From: Mycobacterium tuberculosis H37Rv
GTDB taxonomy: Bacteria > Actinomycetota > Actinomycetes > Mycobacteriales > Mycobacteriaceae
Assembly (NCBI RefSeq): GCF_000195955.2
Contig: NC_000962.3
Span: 90,001 to 122,000 of the forward strand
DNA length: 32,000 bases
Direction of reading: 5' to 3'
Of the stretch, positions 9,251 to 18,155 are shown in pieces (position 1 is the first letter of the stretch; the number at the start of each line of letters is the position of its first letter). The notes beneath the pieces are model-generated. The model worked only from the letters and a program-made list of their open reading frames with translations. It was not told the origin of the DNA and searched no databases. The position numbers and the translations under genes were made by a program.

Positions 9251-9683
9251 CCAGCCAAAATCCCACCTGTGCGGGGCCTGCGGGTTGTGTCAAAGGTCAC
9301 CAGCGCCTTTTTCGCACTGTTTACTCCGGCGCGGCGTGCCCGTAAAGCCGCCCGGGTGAACTTGGATCAGGTGGCGCAATGTCGCCGGACCGACGAAGGA
9401 CCGACGCTGTGTCAACACTGCCAACCTGGGTCAGCCAGAGCTCTACCGACCGCGGCGTGGTCGCGCCAATCACAGCGCGTGCCCGCGACGCACTGCAGGC
9501 CGTGCTGCGCGCCAGGCGCCGCGGCCAGCGCTCTGACTTGCGCCTTATGCGCAGAGGCGTGGAGCGTTGTTGAGGTCAGGCCCGCGCCGAGGGCCGCGAC
9601 TTTCTCGCTACAATCGCGCGCGGCGCGGGAGAGCCGCTAGCCGCCGGTGACCGGCGATTGGAGATTGAGTTGCGACCGAACGG

Positions 9684-10451
9684 ATGGCGGTGACGGTCGG
9701 CGTCATTTGTGCGATCCCGCAAGAGCTGGCGTATCTGCGCGGTGTCCTGGTCGATGCGAAACGCCAGCAGGTCGCGCAGATCCTCTTCGATAGCGGCCAA
9801 CTCGACGCGCACCGGGTCGTGTTGGCCGCCGCCGGCATGGGCAAAGTTAACACGGGCCTGACCGCAACGCTGCTTGCCGATCGATTCGGCTGCCGCACCA
9901 TCGTTTTCACGGGAGTGGCCGGCGGGCTGGATCCCGAGCTATGCATCGGTGACATCGTCATCGCCGATCGGGTCGTCCAACACGACTTCGGTCTGCTCAC
10001 CGATGAGCGGCTGCGCCCCTATCAGCCCGGACACATCCCCTTCATCGAACCGACCGAGCGGCTCGGATACCCGGTTGATCCCGCGGTCATCGATCGGGTC
10101 AAACACCGCCTCGACGGGTTCACGCTGGCGCCGCTGTCCACCGCCGCGGGAGGTGGTGGCCGGCAGCCACGCATCTACTACGGCACCATCCTGACCGGTG
10201 ACCAATACCTTCACTGCGAGCGCACCCGCAACCGGCTGCACCACGAACTCGGCGGTATGGCCGTCGAAATGGAAGGCGGTGCGGTGGCGCAAATCTGCGC
10301 GTCCTTCGATATCCCATGGCTGGTCATTCGCGCGCTCTCCGATCTCGCCGGAGCCGATTCGGGGGTGGACTTCAATCGGTTTGTCGGCGAGGTGGCGGCC
10401 AGTTCGGCCCGCGTTCTGCTGCGCTTGCTGCCGGTGTTGACGGCCTGTTGA
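9684..10451 (+). CDS. mtn: 5'-methylthioadenosine/S-adenosylhomocysteine nucleosidase, 255 aa
   Basis: [18 protein letters not shown]..., [44 protein letters not shown] and IRALSDLAG are hallmark MTAN motifs. Confidence 0.93.
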
Positions 10452-10582
10452 AGACGACTATCCGCCGGTGCGTTCACCGCGTCAGGCGGCTTCGGTGAGG
10501 TGAGTAATTTGGTCATTAACTTGGTCATGCCGCCGCCGATGTTGAGCGGAGGCCACAGGTCGGCCGGAAGTGAGGAGCCACG

Positions 10583-12868
10583 ATGACGACGGCCGTGACC
10601 GGTGAACACCACGCGAGTGTGCAGCGGATACAACTCAGAATCAGCGGGATGTCGTGCTCTGCGTGCGCCCACCGTGTGGAATCGACCCTCAACAAGCTGC
10701 CGGGGGTTCGGGCAGCTGTGAACTTCGGCACCCGGGTGGCAACCATCGACACCAGCGAGGCGGTCGACGCTGCCGCGCTGTGCCAGGCGGTCCGCCGCGC
10801 GGGCTATCAGGCCGATCTGTGCACGGATGACGGTCGGAGCGCGAGTGATCCGGACGCCGACCACGCTCGACAGCTGCTGATCCGGCTAGCGATCGCCGCC
10901 GTGCTGTTTGTGCCCGTGGCCGATCTGTCGGTGATGTTTGGGGTCGTGCCTGCCACGCGCTTCACCGGCTGGCAGTGGGTGCTAAGCGCGCTGGCACTGC
11001 CGGTCGTGACCTGGGCGGCGTGGCCGTTTCACCGCGTTGCGATGCGCAACGCCCGCCACCACGCCGCCTCCATGGAGACGCTAATCTCGGTCGGTATCAC
11101 GGCCGCCACGATCTGGTCGCTGTACACCGTCTTCGGCAATCACTCGCCCATCGAGCGCAGCGGCATATGGCAGGCGCTGCTGGGAAGCGATGCTATTTAT
11201 TTCGAGGTCGCGGCGGGTGTCACGGTGTTCGTGCTGGTGGGGCGGTATTTCGAGGCGCGCGCCAAGTCGCAGGCGGGCAGTGCGCTGAGAGCCTTGGCGG
11301 CGCTGAGCGCCAAGGAAGTAGCCGTCCTGCTACCGGATGGGTCGGAGATGGTCATCCCGGCCGACGAACTCAAAGAACAGCAGCGCTTCGTGGTGCGTCC
11401 AGGGCAGATAGTTGCCGCCGACGGCCTCGCCGTCGACGGGTCCGCTGCGGTCGACATGAGCGCGATGACCGGCGAGGCCAAACCGACCCGGGTGCGTCCG
11501 GGGGGGCAGGTCATCGGCGGCACCACAGTGCTTGACGGCCGGCTGATCGTGGAGGCGGCCGCGGTGGGCGCCGACACCCAGTTCGCCGGAATGGTCCGCC
11601 TCGTTGAGCAAGCGCAGGCGCAAAAGGCCGACGCACAGCGACTAGCCGACCGGATCTCCTCGGTGTTTGTTCCCGCTGTGTTGGTTATCGCGGCACTAAC
11701 CGCAGCCGGATGGCTAATCGCCGGGGGACAACCCGACCGTGCCGTCTCGGCCGCACTCGCCGTGCTTGTCATCGCCTGCCCGTGTGCCCTGGGGCTGGCG
11801 ACTCCGACCGCGATGATGGTGGCCTCTGGTCGCGGTGCCCAGCTCGGAATATTTCTGAAGGGCTACAAATCGTTGGAGGCCACCCGCGCGGTGGACACCG
11901 TCGTCTTCGACAAGACCGGCACCCTGACGACGGGCCGGCTGCAGGTCAGTGCGGTGACCGCGGCACCGGGCTGGGAGGCCGACCAGGTGCTCGCCTTGGC
12001 CGCGACCGTGGAAGCCGCGTCCGAGCACTCGGTGGCGCTCGCGATCGCCGCGGCAACGACTCGGCGAGACGCGGTCACCGACTTTCGCGCCATACCCGGC
12101 CGCGGCGTCAGCGGCACCGTGTCCGGGCGGGCGGTACGGGTGGGCAAACCGTCATGGATCGGGTCCTCGTCGTGCCACCCCAACATGCGCGCGGCCCGGC
12201 GCCACGCCGAATCGCTGGGTGAGACGGCCGTATTCGTCGAGGTCGACGGCGAACCATGCGGGGTCATCGCGGTCGCCGACGCCGTCAAGGACTCGGCGCG
12301 AGACGCCGTGGCCGCCCTGGCCGATCGTGGTCTGCGCACCATGCTGTTGACCGGTGACAATCCCGAATCGGCGGCGGCCGTGGCTACTCGCGTCGGCATC
12401 GACGAGGTGATCGCCGACATCCTGCCGGAAGGCAAGGTCGATGTCATCGAGCAGCTACGCGACCGCGGACATGTCGTCGCCATGGTCGGTGACGGCATCA
12501 ACGACGGACCCGCACTGGCCCGTGCCGATCTAGGCATGGCCATCGGGCGCGGCACGGACGTCGCGATCGGTGCCGCCGACATCATCTTGGTCCGCGACCA
12601 CCTCGACGTTGTACCCCTTGCGCTTGACCTGGCAAGGGCCACGATGCGCACCGTCAAACTCAACATGGTCTGGGCATTCGGATACAACATCGCCGCGATT
12701 CCCGTCGCCGCTGCCGGACTGCTCAACCCCCTGGTGGCCGGTGCGGCCATGGCGTTCTCATCGTTCTTCGTGGTCTCAAACAGCTTGCGGTTGCGCAAAT
12801 TTGGGCGATACCCGCTAGGCTGCGGAACCGTCGGTGGGCCACAAATGACCGCGCCGTCGTCCGCGTGA
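10583..12868 (+). CDS. ctpA: Copper-type P1B ATPase CtpA, 761 aa
   Basis: N-terminal HMA domain ([12 protein letters not shown]), [64 protein letters not shown]. Confidence 0.96.
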
Positions 12869-13663
12869 TGCGTTGTCGGGCAACACGATATCGGGCTCAG
12901 CGGCGACCGCATCCGGTCTCGGCCGAGGACCAGAGGCGCTTCGCCACACCATGATTGCCAGGACCGCGCCGATCACCACCGGCAGATGAGTCAAAATCCG
13001 CGTGGTGCTGACCGCGCCGGACAGCGCATCCACAATCACATAGCCGGTCAGTATGGCGACGAACGCCGTCAGAACACCGGCCAGGCCGGCGGCGGCGCTC
13101 GGCCATAGCGCCGCGCCCACCATGATCACACCGAGCGCAATCGACCACGACGTGGACTCGTTGAGCAAGTGGGTGCCGGCACCCGTCGGGTGCTGATGGG
13201 TCAGGCCGACGTCTAGGCCAAACCCCTGCACGGTGCCCAGGGCGATCTGCGCGATGCCCACGCACAGCAACGCCCAACGTCGCCAGGTCATCGGTGAATG
13301 TTGCCGCCGCGGCGCCCGGCGGATCCCGAGGCGCCCAACAGGCGGGACAACCGGGCGGGACTCGGCGAGCCGACGCAGATCACCAGCCTGGCTGGCCACC
13401 TGGGTAAACCATGCGCGACAGGCGCTGCACTCGCCCAGGTGTTCATCGACTCTCGCCGAGGGCACCGGTGCGCGCTCGCCGTCGAGTCGTGCCGACAGCG
13501 CTTCGCGCGCGACCTCGCAGTCCATGCCATCAATAGTCGCGCAATGCCGACGGATTGCTCCAGCGGGCTCGGACCACATCGCCGCGGGCACACCCCTGCA
13601 GCCTTGCAAAACGGTTGATGCGTGGTGGTTAAAGCTCCCGGCCGTTGTGGCTTGTGCGAGCAC
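12815..13663 (-). CDS. Anti-sigma-factor-like membrane protein (zf-HC2, RskA-like; Rv0093c-like); probable true start at 13525
   Basis: [40 protein letters not shown] is a classic H-x3-C-x2-C zf-HC2 domain followed by TM segments. The region upstream of the Met at 13525 looks non-coding. Confidence 0.82.
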
Positions 13664-13709
13664 GGTGGCCCGGGTGGTGCGTGAGCGCCGTGGGGCTCGC
13701 GTTCAGGGG

Positions 13710-14669
13710 TCAATCGGGTTTGTCGTCGTCGTCTTGGTTGTGGAGGAATCGTTCGGGGTGGTGGAAGGTGTTGGTGCGGGGTTGGCCGTGGTCGAGGTGG
13801 GGTGGTGGTAGCCATTCGGTGTGGCCGTGGGTGTTGTTGTGGGTGGTCCAGCCTTTTTCGGCGAGTCGGTTGTCGGGGCCGCAGGCCAGGGTCAGCTCGG
13901 TGATGTCGGTGCGTCCGGTGCTGGTCCAGGCGGTGACGTGGTGGGCTTGGCTGTGGTAGGCCGGTGCGTCACAGCCGGGTTTGGTGCAGCCGCGGTCGTT
14001 GGCGAACAGCATGATCCGCTGGGCCGGGGAGGCTAGGCGTTTGGTGTGATACAGCGCCAGGGGTGTGCCGTGGTCGAAGATCGCCTGGGGGTACCTCCCG
14101 CTTGCGGGGGAGTAGTGGTGGGCGTGGCTGGTCATGCGGATCACATCGGCCATGGGTAGCAGGGTGCCGCCGCCGGTGAAGCCCTTGCCGGCGCCGGTTT
14201 GCAGGTCGGTCAGGGTGGTGGTGACCACGATCGAGACGGGAAGACCGTTGTGTTGGCCCAGTTTCCCGGAGGCGATCAGCGCGCGCAGCCCGGCCAGCAG
14301 CCCGTCGTGGTTGCGTTGGGCTTGGCTGCGGGTGTCGCGGTCGATGGCGGCCGCATCGGGGGTGGTGTCGATGACCGGGGTGTGGTCGTCGGGGTTGGTC
14401 GCGCCGGGGGCGGCCAGTTTGGCTAGCACGGCTTCAAAGGTGGCCCGCGCTTGGGGGGTCAGGTAGCCACTTAGCCGTGACATGCCGTCGTATTGCTGGT
14501 TGCTCAGGGTGATGCCGCGTTTGCGGGCGCGTTCGGTGTCGGTGAGGTCGCCGTCGGGGTGTAGCCAGTCCATGACCCGCTGGGCGTAGCGGGCCAGCTC
14601 GTCGGGACGATATTGAGCGGCTTTGCCGGCCAGGTCGGCTTCGGCGGCCTGGCGGGTGGACACATCCAC
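13710..14669 (-). CDS. REP13E12-family protein, C-terminal fragment with HNH-like domain (Rv0094c-like)
   Basis: DUF222-type region then '[44 protein letters not shown]'-like HNH motif (track: [24 protein letters not shown]). The upstream coding frame is disrupted near 14690. Confidence 0.85.
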   Translation of the reverse strand: MDVSTRQAAEADLAGKAAQYRPDELARYAQRVMDWLHPDGDLTDTERARKRGITLSNQQYDGMSRLSGYLTPQARATFEAVLAKLAAPGATNPDDHTPVIDTTPDAAAIDRDTRSQAQRNHDGLLAGLRALIASGKLGQHNGLPVSIVVTTTLTDLQTGAGKGFTGGGTLLPMADVIRMTSHAHHYSPASGRYPQAIFDHGTPLALYHTKRLASPAQRIMLFANDRGCTKPGCDAPAYHSQAHHVTAWTSTGRTDITELTLACGPDNRLAEKGWTTHNNTHGHTEWLPPPHLDHGQPRTNTFHHPERFLHNQDDDDKPD

Positions 14670-15114
14670 CGCGGCGGGCAGGTGGGCGAAAAAGGGCGCG
14701 AATCACTTTGACGTGCGCCTCGCCGATCAGGCCCTGGCGTTGGGCGGTGGCGGTGGCGGTCAACTGCGGGGCCAACGGTTCGCCAGTGAGCGCCCGACGT
14801 TGCCCTAAGGCTTGGCTTCGGCGCTGCGTCGGCCGGCTTCGGGCTTGGTGATGCGCAGCCGGTTGGCCAGCGCGCAGCACAGCGTGCCGCCCAGTTCTTC
14901 CTCGCTGGCTTGGGTGTCGAGTTGGTTGATCAACGTGTGCTGGGCCGCCGGTAGCCGGCGCGCCAAGCATTCCAGACGTTCCAGAGACCGCAGCCGTTCC
15001 GGGGTGCTCAGCACCTCAAAGGACACCTCGTCCAAGCGGTCCAGGTCGGCATCCAGCGCGTCGAAGACCTCGACAAGCTCCTCCCGGCTATTCGCTAACA
15101 TGTTCGAATCATAA
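13710..15114 (-). pseudogene. Whole REP13E12 repeat-family gene, split by two compensating frameshifts (~14808-14812 and ~14689-14696)
   Basis: The three minus-strand frame segments join into one continuous DUF222-HNH protein. The middle segment '[39 protein letters not shown]' lies in the other frame (track ORF 14434..14970). Confidence 0.8.
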
Positions 15115-15215
15115 CGTCGGGCACTGACAAAGAGCGCCCCGCTGATAACCGTGAAACTGAAGTGACACAAGGGATTTACCCAGATCCTACGAGTTGATAC
15201 GGGAAGGTACCGCAC
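14805..15215 (-). CDS. REP13E12-family protein, N-terminal fragment (Rv0095c-like); family-like start at MFESNMLANS (15114)
   Basis: [42 protein letters not shown] is a typical 13E12 N-terminus. The ORF stops early at 14805 because of a frameshift. Confidence 0.7.
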   Translation of the reverse strand: MRYLPVSTRRIWVNPLCHFSFTVISGALFVSARRYDSNMLANSREELVEVFDALDADLDRLDEVSFEVLSTPERLRSLERLECLARRLPAAQHTLINQLDTQASEEELGGTLCCALANRLRITKPEAGRRSAEAKP

Positions 15216-15323
15216 CTTTCCTGGGCGCGATGGGAACTTTCTGCCCGTTATGGCCGACTAACACCGCGGGTGAAGCAAAGCGCTGCCTAGGCAAGGAGGT
15301 GAGTCCTGGCGGCCACGATATGG

Positions 15324-16715
15324 ATGGCTATACCACCGGAGGTGCACTCGGGCCTGTTGAGCGCCGGGTGCGGTCCGGGATCATTGCTTGTTGCCGCGCA
15401 GCAGTGGCAAGAACTTAGTGATCAGTACGCACTCGCATGCGCCGAGTTGGGCCAATTGTTGGGCGAGGTTCAGGCCAGCAGCTGGCAGGGAACCGCCGCC
15501 ACCCAGTACGTGGCTGCCCATGGCCCCTATCTGGCCTGGCTTGAGCAAACCGCGATCAACAGCGCCGTCACCGCCGCACAGCACGTAGCGGCTGCCGCTG
15601 CCTACTGCAGCGCCCTGGCCGCGATGCCCACCCCAGCAGAGCTGGCCGCCAACCACGCCATTCATGGCGTTCTGATCGCCACCAACTTCTTCGGGATCAA
15701 CACCGTTCCGATCGCGCTCAACGAAGCCGATTATGTCCGCATGTGGCTGCAAGCCGCCGACACCATGGCCGCCTACCAGGCCGTCGCCGATGCGGCCACG
15801 GTGGCCGTACCGTCCACCCAACCGGCGCCACCGATCCGCGCGCCCGGCGGCGATGCCGCAGATACCCGGCTAGACGTATTGAGTTCAATTGGTCAGCTCA
15901 TCCGGGATATCTTGGATTTCATTGCCAACCCGTACAAGTATTTTCTGGAGTTTTTCGAGCAATTCGGCTTCAGCCCGGCCGTAACGGTCGTCCTTGCCCT
16001 TGTTGCCCTGCAGCTGTACGACTTTCTTTGGTATCCCTATTACGCCTCGTACGGCCTGCTCCTGCTTCCGTTCTTCACTCCCACCTTGAGCGCGTTGACC
16101 GCCCTAAGCGCGCTGATCCATTTGCTGAACCTGCCCCCGGCTGGACTGCTTCCTATCGCCGCAGCGCTCGGTCCCGGCGACCAATGGGGCGCAAACTTGG
16201 CTGTGGCTGTCACGCCGGCCACGGCGGCCGTGCCCGGCGGAAGCCCGCCCACCAGCAACCCCGCGCCCGCCGCTCCCAGCTCGAACTCGGTTGGCAGCGC
16301 TTCGGCTGCACCCGGCATCAGCTATGCCGTGCCCGGCCTGGCGCCACCCGGGGTTAGCTCTGGCCCTAAAGCCGGCACCAAATCACCTGACACCGCCGCC
16401 GACACCCTTGCAACCGCGGGCGCAGCACGACCGGGCCTCGCCCGAGCCCACCGAAGAAAGCGCAGCGAAAGCGGCGTCGGGATACGCGGTTACCGCGACG
16501 AATTTTTGGACGCGACCGCCACGGTGGACGCCGCTACGGATGTGCCCGCTCCCGCCAACGCGGCTGGCAGTCAAGGTGCCGGCACTCTCGGCTTTGCCGG
16601 TACCGCACCGACAACCAGCGGCGCCGCGGCCGGAATGGTTCAACTGTCGTCGCACAGCACAAGCACTACAGTCCCGTTGCTGCCCACTACCTGGACAACC
16701 GACGCCGAACAATGA
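15324..16715 (+). CDS. PPE1: PPE family protein PPE1, 463 aa
   Basis: N-terminal PPE domain [73 protein letters not shown]. Confidence 0.95.
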   Translation: MAIPPEVHSGLLSAGCGPGSLLVAAQQWQELSDQYALACAELGQLLGEVQASSWQGTAATQYVAAHGPYLAWLEQTAINSAVTAAQHVAAAAAYCSALAAMPTPAELAANHAIHGVLIATNFFGINTVPIALNEADYVRMWLQAADTMAAYQAVADAATVAVPSTQPAPPIRAPGGDAADTRLDVLSSIGQLIRDILDFIANPYKYFLEFFEQFGFSPAVTVVLALVALQLYDFLWYPYYASYGLLLLPFFTPTLSALTALSALIHLLNLPPAGLLPIAAALGPGDQWGANLAVAVTPATAAVPGGSPPTSNPAPAAPSSNSVGSASAAPGISYAVPGLAPPGVSSGPKAGTKSPDTAADTLATAGAARPGLARAHRRKRSESGVGIRGYRDEFLDATATVDAATDVPAPANAAGSQGAGTLGFAGTAPTTSGAAAGMVQLSSHSTSTTVPLLPTTWTTDAEQ

Positions 16716-16733
16716 ACAAGGAGAAAAGAACCG

Positions 16734-17603
16734 ATGACGCTTAAGGTCAAAGGCGAGGGACTCGGTGCGCAGGTCACAGGGGTCGATCCCAAGAATCTGG
16801 ACGATATAACCACCGACGAGATCCGGGATATCGTTTACACGAACAAGCTCGTTGTGCTAAAAGACGTCCATCCGTCTCCGCGGGAGTTCATCAAACTCGG
16901 CAGGATAATTGGACAAATCGTTCCGTATTACGAACCCATGTACCATCACGAAGACCACCCGGAGATCTTTGTCTCCTCCACTGAGGAAGGTCAGGGGGTC
17001 CCAAAAACCGGCGCGTTCTGGCATATCGACTATATGTTTATGCCGGAACCTTTCGCGTTTTCCATGGTGCTGCCGCTGGCGGTGCCTGGACACGACCGCG
17101 GGACCTATTTCATCGATCTCGCCAGGGTCTGGCAGTCGCTGCCCGCCGCCAAGCGAGACCCGGCCCGCGGAACCGTCAGCACCCACGACCCTCGACGCCA
17201 CATCAAGATCCGACCCAGCGACGTCTACCGGCCCATCGGAGAGGTATGGGACGAGATCAACCGGACCACGCCCCCAATAAAGTGGCCTACGGTCATCCGG
17301 CACCCAAAGACCGGCCAAGAGATCCTCTACATCTGCGCGACGGGCACCACCAAGATCGAGGACAAGGACGGCAATCCGGTTGATCCGGAGGTGCTGCAAG
17401 AACTCATGGCCGCGACCGGACAGCTCGATCCTGAGTACCAGTCGCCGTTCATACATACTCAGCACTACCAGGTTGGCGACATCATCTTGTGGGACAACCG
17501 GGTTCTCATGCACCGAGCGAAGCACGGCAGCGCCGCGGGCACTCTGACGACCTACCGCCTGACCATGCTTGATGGCCTCAAGACGCCGGGATACGCGGCA
17601 TGA
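16734..17603 (+). CDS. TauD/Fe(II)-2-oxoglutarate-dependent oxygenase-like enzyme (Rv0097-like; isonitrile-forming family), 289 aa
   Basis: FWHIDYMF gives the H-x-D ligand pair and RVLMHRAKHG a distal His. TauD-like start 'LGAQVTGVDPKNL'. Ribosome-binding site AAGGAG upstream. Confidence 0.92.
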   Translation: MTLKVKGEGLGAQVTGVDPKNLDDITTDEIRDIVYTNKLVVLKDVHPSPREFIKLGRIIGQIVPYYEPMYHHEDHPEIFVSSTEEGQGVPKTGAFWHIDYMFMPEPFAFSMVLPLAVPGHDRGTYFIDLARVWQSLPAAKRDPARGTVSTHDPRRHIKIRPSDVYRPIGEVWDEINRTTPPIKWPTVIRHPKTGQEILYICATGTTKIEDKDGNPVDPEVLQELMAATGQLDPEYQSPFIHTQHYQVGDIILWDNRVLMHRAKHGSAAGTLTTYRLTMLDGLKTPGYAA

Positions 17604-18151
17604 GCCACACCGACTTGACGCCCTGCACACGGGTGCTGGCATCCAGCGGCACGGTTCCGATCGCAGAGGAACTGCTGGCCAGAGTGCTCGAGCCCTACTC
17701 CTGCAAAGGATGTCGCTACCTCATCGACGCACAGTACAGCGCCACCGAGGATTCGGTTCTTGCCTATGGCAACTTCACGATCGGTGAGTCCGCCTATATT
17801 CGAAGCACGGGGCACTTCAACGCGGTCGAACTGATTCTGTGTTTCAATCAGCTCGCCTACAGCGCCTTCGCTCCGGCCGTCCTCAACGAGGAAATCCGGG
17901 TGCTTCGCGGCTGGTCGATCGACGACTACTGCCAACACCAGCTCTCTAGCATGCTGATCAGGAAGGCATCATCGCGGTTCAGAAAACCGCTGAACCCGCA
18001 AAAGTTCTCTGCCCGCCTCCTGTGTCGAGATCTGCAGGTCATCGAACGAACCTGGCGCTATCTCAAGGTCCCGTGCGTCATCGAGTTCTGGGACGAGAAC
18101 GGCGGGGCGGCGTCCGGTGAGATCGAACTAGCGGCCCTCAACATTCCGTAA
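17600..18151 (+). CDS. fcoT: Long-chain fatty acyl-CoA/ACP thioesterase FcoT, hotdog fold, 183 aa
   Basis: 183-aa ORF with an ATGA overlap to the upstream gene. Recognised sequence MSHTDLTPCTRVLASSGTVPIAEELLARVLEPYSCKGCRYLI in its known operon context. Confidence 0.88.
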   Translation: MSHTDLTPCTRVLASSGTVPIAEELLARVLEPYSCKGCRYLIDAQYSATEDSVLAYGNFTIGESAYIRSTGHFNAVELILCFNQLAYSAFAPAVLNEEIRVLRGWSIDDYCQHQLSSMLIRKASSRFRKPLNPQKFSARLLCRDLQVIERTWRYLKVPCVIEFWDENGGAASGEIELAALNIP

Positions 18152-18155
18152 TCCA

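Noticed and set aside
9269-9640. 123-aa plus-strand ORF in the gap before the nucleosidase
   Set aside because: Ala/Arg/Cys-rich with no domain and overlapping alternative ORFs. It is reported only as an unexplained gap.
11209-11535. Overlapping plus-strand ORF (from 10975) inside ctpA as a nested gene
   Set aside because: Arg/Gly-rich translation without motifs. The ctpA frame is clearly the coding one.
13710-15215. Possible active endonuclease, toxin or defence gene because of its HNH motif
   Set aside because: Matches the REP13E12 DUF222/HNH repeat family and is broken by two frameshifts. There are no partner defence genes.
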